Both the position numbers and the translations under genes were made by a program. From assembly GCA_020341815.1 (NCBI GenBank), contig CP070837.1, positions 1,474,607 through 1,538,606 on the forward strand: 64,000 nucleotides of DNA, given 5' to 3'. Below are positions 57,967-64,000 of the stretch, piece after piece. Within the stretch, counting starts at the first letter, position 1, and every line of letters starts with the position of its first letter. The DNA is from Candidatus Omnitrophota bacterium (GTDB lineage: Bacteria; Omnitrophota; Gorgyraeia; JAFGHF01). The notes below the pieces were generated by a model. That model had not been told where the DNA came from. It did not search any database and saw only the letters and a program-made list of their open reading frames with translations.

Positions 57967-58880
57967 AAGAGATAAGCGTAGTCTTGACAACATATATGCT
58001 CGGTAAATATATACGAGTGGCGATAGAGTCAGTTCTCAAACAGACATTTAAGAATTACGAGCTTATTATAATTGACGATGGTTCAACCGATAGCACAGAG
58101 CAGGAGATTTTTAAATTCAAGGACGAGAGAATTAAATATATACGGCAGGACCATAGCGGCCTTCCTGCAAAGGCGAGGAATAAAGGCATCGAGATAGCTA
58201 CAGGCAAATTAATCGCTTTCTTTGACGGTGATGATTTCTGGTACCCGGGTAAACTCCAGAGATGCCTGGAGATTTTCAATAACGATTCAACGGTCGATAT
58301 CCTCTGCCATGATTTGAGTTTTTCGAGATTAAATGACGGAAAAGTATTTAAGCGAAGGTTTTTTGGGCCCTACCAGGATGATATGTATAAACAACTTTTA
58401 CTTAAAGGCAACGCCCTCACTGCATCATCAACTGTTATGAAAAGGTCCATATTTTCCGAAGATAGATACTTATTTTCTGAAGACAAGAAGTTTTTTAGCA
58501 CCGAAGACTATGATTTGTGGCTTAGGCTGGCTAAATCAAAAAGGTATCGCTTTTTTTATCTTCCCGAGATTCTTGGCGCGCACAGGGTTTTTGAAAATAG
58601 CGCAACTCTCTCAAATATCGAAAGGCATACTTTAAATATGCTCTATTTGTTTGATGAAAACGAAAAAGACCCCGGCTTTGACGAAAAGGGGCTTAAGAGA
58701 GTTATAAAAAAACGTAAATCCCAGGTTATGTTTAGCGCGGCCCTGGCATTTAATTACCACAAAAAATTTTCTCAGAGCCTGGCGTGGCATTTAAAGGCCA
58801 TTAAACAATATCCACTTTATTTAAAACCATACCTTACCTTTTTCGCTTCTCTGTTTAGAATAAAATTAGGTTATTTATAG
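57963..58880 (+). CDS. Glycosyltransferase family 2 (GT-A fold)
   Basis: ISVVLTTYMLGKYIRVAIESVLKQTFKNYELIIIDDGSTD, followed by FFDGDDFW, gives the classical GT2 DxD/DD motifs. It has an ATGA junction. Confidence 0.85.
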   Translation: MKEISVVLTTYMLGKYIRVAIESVLKQTFKNYELIIIDDGSTDSTEQEIFKFKDERIKYIRQDHSGLPAKARNKGIEIATGKLIAFFDGDDFWYPGKLQRCLEIFNNDSTVDILCHDLSFSRLNDGKVFKRRFFGPYQDDMYKQLLLKGNALTASSTVMKRSIFSEDRYLFSEDKKFFSTEDYDLWLRLAKSKRYRFFYLPEILGAHRVFENSATLSNIERHTLNMLYLFDENEKDPGFDEKGLKRVIKKRKSQVMFSAALAFNYHKKFSQSLAWHLKAIKQYPLYLKPYLTFFASLFRIKLGYL

Positions 58881-58889
58881 GTATAAATA

Positions 58890-60734
58890 ATGCTTAAAAA
58901 CGAAAATATAATATGTATTTCATCGATTGACTGGGATTTCAACTGGCAGGGGCATCAGGAGATAATGTCTACTTTCGCCAGGAATAACAACAGGGTCTTA
59001 TTTATAGAAAATACAGGCGTACGAGTACCTACCCTGAAGGACCTTCCCCGATTAAAAAAACGACTGAGCAATTGGCTTAAAGGGATAAGTGGAATAAGGA
59101 AAGAAGAAGAGAATCTGTTTGTATTTTCGCCGCTGGTAATCCCATTTCCTTACTCCAGGATAGCCAGATGGATTAACAGGTATTTGTTGCTTTCAACCTT
59201 GAAGAAGTGGATTAAGGTAATGGACTTTAATGACCCGATTATCTGGACATTTTTACCCACAGGCATAAGTCTGGATTTAATCGCTAACATAGACAAAAAG
59301 ATGTCGGTATATTACTGCATTGCCGAATTTACAAAACTGGTCAGAGACTCCCGGAAGATAAGAAGGACTGAAAAAGAGCTGCTGAAAAAGGCCGATCTAA
59401 TCTTTGCGCAGGGTGAGAAACTTAAACAATGGTGCGAAAGTTATAATTCCAATGTGACCATTTTCCCATTCGGGGTTAACTCCGAGGCCTTCCATAATAC
59501 AACTTTGGACGGCAAGGAAAGCCTTCCCGATTTAAAGGGCATAAAAAGGCCGATTATCGGTTATATAGGAGGATTGCATAAACATATAGATTATGAGCTG
59601 ATAGAGTGTTTGGCCGCGAGGAATCCTCATTGGTCCTTTCTTTTTGTCGGCCCCGTGCAGACAGATGTCGCCAGAATTGGAAGGCTTGACAATGTCTTTC
59701 TCGTTGGAGAGAAAAAACACTTCGATTTGCCAAAATATATAGGTGCATTTGATGTATGCCTGATTCCTTATCTTTTGACCGACTATACCTCCACCGTTTA
59801 TCCCACAAAATTGAACGAATATCTCATTATGGGAAAGCCCGTGCTTTCCACAGACTTGCCGGAGGTTAGAGCTTTTAATCAGAAATATGGAAATGTGCTT
59901 ATGATCGGGCAAACCACGGACGAGTTCAAGGCTTATATAACTGAAGTATTGGAAAAAAACGACAAAGATATGGTTGGCAAAAGGATTAAGGCTGCGCAGG
60001 AAAACAGCTGGAAAAAAAGAATCGAACAAATGAGTAATTTGATTGAAGAGGAGATTGAAAGGAAGAAACATGATAAAGACCTAAGGTGGAAGGAAGGCTT
60101 GCGTAAGTTTTACAGGCAGTCCCGCAGAAGCTTAAAGGCCACGGCTTTCGCCTGTTTGCTGGCCTATCTCTTATTATTCTATACGCCATTCTTATGGTTT
60201 GCGGCCAGGCCTTTAAAAATATCCGAACCTCTTCAGGCAGCTAATGCTATTGTAGTTTTTGGAGGCGGAGTTGGCGAAGGTGGCAGCCCCGGTAAAAGCA
60301 CTATTGAAAGAGCCCGGTATGCCGGCGAATTGTATAAAAGCGGATATGCCAATCATATTATTTTTTCGTCAGGTTATAGTTTTAAATATAACGATGCAGA
60401 AAATATGAAGCTCGTTGCTCTTTCAGCCGGCGTTGCCGAGAAAGATATAATTTTAGAACAGAAGGCAAATAGTACTTATGAAAATGCCAGGTTTACAGGA
60501 GAGATAATAAATGATTACGGCTGGAGCTCAATTTTATTAGTTAGTTCTCCTTACAATATGCGCAGGGCATCGTTGGCGTTTAAAAAACTAAATAAGAACT
60601 TAAAGATTACTTATGCGCCGATAAGCAATCCTCAATTTTATAGACGTGACGGAAAGGTAAAATGGGAGCAAATCAGAGCTATAGGACATGAATATTTAGG
60701 GATTTTGTATTATTTTATTAAAGGATATATTTGA
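58890..60734 (+). CDS. Fusion protein: GT-B glycosyltransferase (GT4/group-1-like) – transmembrane helix – DUF218 (YdcF/ElyC-like) domain
   Basis: Residues about 1–390 have a GT4-like C-terminal motif (VCLIPYLLTDYTSTVYPTKLNEYLIMGKPVLSTDLPEVRAF). A hydrophobic segment (ATAFACLLAYLLLFYTPFLWFAA) follows. The C-terminal roughly 170 aa (ANAIVVFGGGVGEGG...ANSTYENARF...SILLVSSPYNMRRASLAF) match the DUF218 pattern. Confidence 0.65.
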   Translation: MLKNENIICISSIDWDFNWQGHQEIMSTFARNNNRVLFIENTGVRVPTLKDLPRLKKRLSNWLKGISGIRKEEENLFVFSPLVIPFPYSRIARWINRYLLLSTLKKWIKVMDFNDPIIWTFLPTGISLDLIANIDKKMSVYYCIAEFTKLVRDSRKIRRTEKELLKKADLIFAQGEKLKQWCESYNSNVTIFPFGVNSEAFHNTTLDGKESLPDLKGIKRPIIGYIGGLHKHIDYELIECLAARNPHWSFLFVGPVQTDVARIGRLDNVFLVGEKKHFDLPKYIGAFDVCLIPYLLTDYTSTVYPTKLNEYLIMGKPVLSTDLPEVRAFNQKYGNVLMIGQTTDEFKAYITEVLEKNDKDMVGKRIKAAQENSWKKRIEQMSNLIEEEIERKKHDKDLRWKEGLRKFYRQSRRSLKATAFACLLAYLLLFYTPFLWFAARPLKISEPLQAANAIVVFGGGVGEGGSPGKSTIERARYAGELYKSGYANHIIFSSGYSFKYNDAENMKLVALSAGVAEKDIILEQKANSTYENARFTGEIINDYGWSSILLVSSPYNMRRASLAFKKLNKNLKITYAPISNPQFYRRDGKVKWEQIRAIGHEYLGILYYFIKGYI

Positions 60735-60738
60735 AATC

Positions 60739-62976
60739 ATGAGAATAGCGCTAATATTTCCACCTTATACACATAAGATATTTTCGGAGAACCTGGCTGT
60801 TGTAGATGAGGAATTTTGTGTTGCCCCGCCTATAATTTTGGCCTATGTAGCTGCTATTCTTGAGGCGCATGGGCATAAGGTAATGCTGCTCGATGCTAAG
60901 GTATTGAGTTTGTCAAAGGAGGAGGCGCTTGAGAGAATAAGGGCCTTTAAACCGGACATTTTAGGGTTTAGAGCGGAGACTTATCACTTTCATGATGCCT
61001 TGGATTGGGTGCGTTATCTAAAACACAGACTTAATGTTCCTGTCGTTGCCGGGGGTCTTAATCTATCCATGTATCCTAAAGAAACCCTTTCTCATAGCGA
61101 GATAGATTACGGAATCGTTGGGGAGGCGATAGAATCATTACCAAGGCTGGTTTCTGCGTTAGAATATGGAGACAGCGTAAGTGAGATACCCGGTGTCATA
61201 CATAGAAATAAAGAGAAAGGAGATGTTATTATTAATTCACCGGCAGAAAAATATGTAGATTTCGATTCTTATCCGTTTCCTGCCCGGCATCTTTTGCCAA
61301 ACGAAAAATACTATTCCTTCATATCACAACGCAAGAATTTTACGGTTATGGTTACGGCTACGGGATGCCCCTTCAAATGTAATTTTTGCGCTATTCCACA
61401 TCTCTATCGGCCGCGTTCGGTCAAAAATGTTATTGATGAGATTGAAGCCTGCTACCGCGACTTTAACGTAAGAGAGATAGACTTTTTTGACCCGGTATTA
61501 TTTATAAATAAAAACAGGGCACTGGAATTATTTCATGAGATTAAAAAGCGTAAACTAGATATAGAATGGTCTTGCCGTTCGAGGGTTGATGCGGTTGATA
61601 ATGAAATATTGCGGGAGGCCGCAGGCGCGGGATGCAGGCAGATATATTATGGAATAGAGTCGGTAGACCCCCAAATATTGCATACTATAAAAAAAGAGAT
61701 AGGTCCGGCACAAGTCAAGCAGGCGATTAAATGGTCAAAGAGATACGGCATAAGGGCAATGGGCTTCTTTATGGTAGGCAATCAGGGAGAGACAAAAGAA
61801 AGTGTGCGGCGCACAATCGGATTTGCCAAGGATTTGGGGTTAGAATTCATCCAGGTCTGCAGGACAATCGCAAAGCCCGGAACAAATCTTGATAAGATTA
61901 TGATAGAAAAAAGCGGAAAGGACTACTGGAGGGAGCATGTCTCGGGAAAAAAGATAGAAGGACGTCTTCCTACTTCCTGGTCTACCTTGTCGGAGCCGGA
62001 AATAGAAGCGCTTACAAAGGAGTTTTATCTGAAGTTTTACTTTCGTCCAAAAATTATATGGAGCAGGGTTCTTCAGCTTAAATCTATAAGTGAACTCACC
62101 AGATATATAAAAGTAGCATGGAGGATGCTTTTACAAAAATCAGAGCTATATTCCCGCGTCCTTACCGATACCTCTGAGGCAGAAGGGTTCCTGGCCCAGA
62201 GCGATAGCTATTTATCGCAGGCTAAAGAGTGCAGAGTAGCAGTCGTCATTCCGACTTACAATGAGAAAGATAATATAGAGGGAATAATCACTACTATTTT
62301 GGATATTTTGCCTAATGCTTATATTGTTGTAGTTGATGACAAATCACCTGATGGAACAGGGGATATCGTTCGAAATATTGCCGATAGAGACAAGCGCATA
62401 CATTTTATCAGTCGCAGCGGAGAGAAGGGCTTGGGATTGGCATATATTACGGGATTTAAATATGTGCTGGAGAGCTTACCGGTAGATTACATCTTTGAGA
62501 TGGATGCGGATTTTTCGCATAATCCCAGGTATCTTCCGATATTTTTAGAATATGCAAAAGAATGTGATTTGATTATAGGTTCCCGTTTCTTGAGGAGAGT
62601 GAGTATAAAAAATAGAGCCCGCTGGCGCAATATTATATCGATAACCAGCAAATGGTTTATAAATGCGCTCATTGGAACTCGCCTCACAGATATGACTACA
62701 GGCTTTAAGTGTTTTCAAAAAAAGGTCTTGGCAGCTATAGAATTGGACAAAATGCACTCTAAGGGGTATGCCTTTCAAATTGAAATGTCATTTTTGGCGA
62801 AAAGCAGGGGATTTAGCATTAAGGAATTGCCTATTTTGTTTATAGAAAGAAGTAAAGGCTATTCTAAATTGTCTTTAAAAATTATCTTCGAAGGTTTTTT
62901 CTTAATCTGGAGACTGGCAATCAAGAGATTATTGGGATTTGAAGTTAAAGATGGACAAAATATATATAGAAAATAG
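60739..62976 (+). CDS. Fusion protein: B12-binding radical SAM enzyme (N-terminal ~470 aa) + GT2 polyprenyl-phosphate glycosyltransferase (DPM1/ArnC-like, C-terminal ~250 aa)
   Basis: The N-terminus shows PVVAGGLNLS (B12 module) and TATGCPFKCNFCAI (CxxxCxxC). The C-terminus shows VAVVIPTYNEKDNIEGII...IVVVDDKSPDGTGDI...KGLGLAY...EMDADFSHNP, the classic dolichol/undecaprenol-phosphate glycosyltransferase signature. Confidence 0.8.
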   Translation: MRIALIFPPYTHKIFSENLAVVDEEFCVAPPIILAYVAAILEAHGHKVMLLDAKVLSLSKEEALERIRAFKPDILGFRAETYHFHDALDWVRYLKHRLNVPVVAGGLNLSMYPKETLSHSEIDYGIVGEAIESLPRLVSALEYGDSVSEIPGVIHRNKEKGDVIINSPAEKYVDFDSYPFPARHLLPNEKYYSFISQRKNFTVMVTATGCPFKCNFCAIPHLYRPRSVKNVIDEIEACYRDFNVREIDFFDPVLFINKNRALELFHEIKKRKLDIEWSCRSRVDAVDNEILREAAGAGCRQIYYGIESVDPQILHTIKKEIGPAQVKQAIKWSKRYGIRAMGFFMVGNQGETKESVRRTIGFAKDLGLEFIQVCRTIAKPGTNLDKIMIEKSGKDYWREHVSGKKIEGRLPTSWSTLSEPEIEALTKEFYLKFYFRPKIIWSRVLQLKSISELTRYIKVAWRMLLQKSELYSRVLTDTSEAEGFLAQSDSYLSQAKECRVAVVIPTYNEKDNIEGIITTILDILPNAYIVVVDDKSPDGTGDIVRNIADRDKRIHFISRSGEKGLGLAYITGFKYVLESLPVDYIFEMDADFSHNPRYLPIFLEYAKECDLIIGSRFLRRVSIKNRARWRNIISITSKWFINALIGTRLTDMTTGFKCFQKKVLAAIELDKMHSKGYAFQIEMSFLAKSRGFSIKELPILFIERSKGYSKLSLKIIFEGFFLIWRLAIKRLLGFEVKDGQNIYRK

Positions 62977-63619
62977 AGATAAAAGCTACATAAATAGATA
63001 TAAGCTTTCCCGCAGGATGAGACAGATATTGTCGGCCATACAAAACTATAAGCCGGGTGAGGGACTTTCTCTCTTGGAAATAGGCGCTGCCGATGGCATT
63101 CTATTGGAATTTTTGCATAGAAATCTAAATTTAGGTAAAGCCATTGGCATTGAGCCTTCACTGGAATGTATTCAAGTTGGCAAACATAAAAGCGTAAAAT
63201 TGGTTCAGGCAATCGGCGAAAGATTGCCTTTCAGAAAGGACTGTTTTGACATTATAGTAGCGGCTTCGGTGATAGACCACTTAACTGATGTAAATATGTT
63301 TTTGAATGAGGCGCACAGAGTGTTGAAGTCAAACGGCATCCTGGTTCTGACTGCTGTTGTGCCTTTCTATGATAGATTGGCTAATATAACGGGGCTTGAC
63401 AAAGGACTGCACTCCCATGTCCAGACTTTTAATACGCCGGAACTAAAGAATTTATTAGAGGAGAATCAATTTAAGACTTTACTGGCTGAAAGGTTTGCGC
63501 TTCCGAGTTTTGGGCTTTTGCCCTTTGAAAACGCAATAGAGCATATATTGAAAAAATTACGCCTGGGCTTTATAATGTTTTATTCTTTAATTGTAGCGGA
63601 AAATAATTCAGGTAATTAA
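62939..63619 (+). CDS. Class I SAM-dependent methyltransferase (Methyltransf_11-like)
   Basis: Motif I is LLEIGAADGILLEFL, followed by ...GIEPS..., and the motif IV region is FDIIVAASVIDHLTD. The start may be the Met at 62951, since the gene overlaps the upstream gene. Confidence 0.7.
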   Translation: MKLKMDKIYIENRDKSYINRYKLSRRMRQILSAIQNYKPGEGLSLLEIGAADGILLEFLHRNLNLGKAIGIEPSLECIQVGKHKSVKLVQAIGERLPFRKDCFDIIVAASVIDHLTDVNMFLNEAHRVLKSNGILVLTAVVPFYDRLANITGLDKGLHSHVQTFNTPELKNLLEENQFKTLLAERFALPSFGLLPFENAIEHILKKLRLGFIMFYSLIVAENNSGN

Positions 63620-63626
63620 CGGTGAT

Positions 63627-64000
63627 ATGAAAACAACCGACCTAATTAAAGATGTTTTGCTGGTATATTTAAGCCAGGAGCATTCAGATTATTTGATTTC
63701 AGAGAGGCTTGACTATGGGATGAAACGGGTTCCCAAACTGGGCTTTATGTACCTTGCCGCAGTCCTTGGAGAAAAAGGCGTGCATGCTCACATAATGGAT
63801 CAGGAGTTGCAACCTTTTACATTTGAGGATTTAGCCGGGAGGTTGCAAAAAGAGAAGTTCGGATTTATCGGATTCTATTCAACTACGGCGATAAAATCAA
63901 AACTTTTACGCTACATAAAAAGACTTAGACTGTCGAATATCGATATTCCGATAATCGTGGGAGGCCCGGGTTATTTTGCCGCCCAAGAATATCTTGAAGC
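63627..64000 (+). CDS. N-terminal fragment (3' end off-window) of another B12-binding radical SAM-type protein
   Basis: The ATG at 63627 opens a frame that runs without a stop to the window end. LVYLSQEH...GFMYLAAVLGEKGVHAHIMD...IGFYSTT...PIIVGGPGYFA is the cobalamin-binding Rossmann-like module seen in the other class-B enzymes here. Confidence 0.5.
   Translation, partial: MKTTDLIKDVLLVYLSQEHSDYLISERLDYGMKRVPKLGFMYLAAVLGEKGVHAHIMDQELQPFTFEDLAGRLQKEKFGFIGFYSTTAIKSKLLRYIKRLRLSNIDIPIIVGGPGYFAAQEYLE

Noticed and set aside
1-64000. CRISPR arrays, tRNA/rRNA genes, transposases/integrases, phage genes, toxin-antitoxin or defence-system genes
   Set aside because: I looked for regularly spaced direct repeats, cloverleaf-sized conserved non-coding stretches and recombinase or DDE motifs. 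None was found. The non-coding fraction is tiny, with the largest gap 45 bp at 18155–18199, and every long ORF is accounted for by glycan-pathway families.

Overview
The window is almost entirely coding. About 57 tightly packed genes all lie on the + strand and form one very large glycan biosynthesis and modification locus from an AT-rich, low-GC bacterium. Many genes overlap by 1–23 bp at their junctions, commonly as ATGA or ATGTGTAA, which indicates long polycistronic, translationally coupled operons. I found no rRNA, tRNA, CRISPR array, transposase or integrase.

Recognisable content:
- Three nonulosonic-acid (NulO) biosynthesis gene sets, with three NeuB-family synthases and three acylneuraminate-type cytidylyltransferases. 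One set (37165–43201) is a complete canonical legionaminic-acid-like operon: 4,6-dehydratase, aminotransferase, hexapeptide N-acetyltransferase, NeuB-like synthase, hydrolysing 2-epimerase, and a CBS-domain nucleotidyltransferase.
- Ten radical SAM enzymes: seven of the B12-binding class-B type and three with C-terminal SPASM/twitch-like cysteine clusters. Two are unusual fusions (B12-radical SAM fused to a DPM-synthase-like GT2; GT4 fused through a TM helix to DUF218).
- An acyl carrier protein plus DltA-like adenylating enzyme plus methyltransferase module.
- An AsnB/PseA-like amidotransferase, a sulfotransferase, a mid-cluster MsbA/PglK-like ABC exporter, and a 2-hydroxyacid dehydrogenase plus HAD phosphatase pair.
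- Sugar-nucleotide enzymes: several GT2/GT4 glycosyltransferases, SDR epimerases and reductases, a PIG-L deacetylase, DegT aminotransferases, and three GT-C (ArnT/PMT-like) polytopic membrane glycosyltransferases at the 5' end.
- Three large uncharacterised proteins of about 610–670 aa with a GT-B-like C-terminus, which are candidate NulO transferases.

The most interesting aspect is this concentration of radical carbohydrate chemistry together with acyl-carrier-dependent side-chain chemistry inside a multi-NulO glycosylation island. It probably encodes a heavily C-methylated, epimerised, acylated or sulfated nonulosonate-containing glycan or glycoconjugate. All functional calls rest on motif and family recognition by eye; none was verified by a database search.
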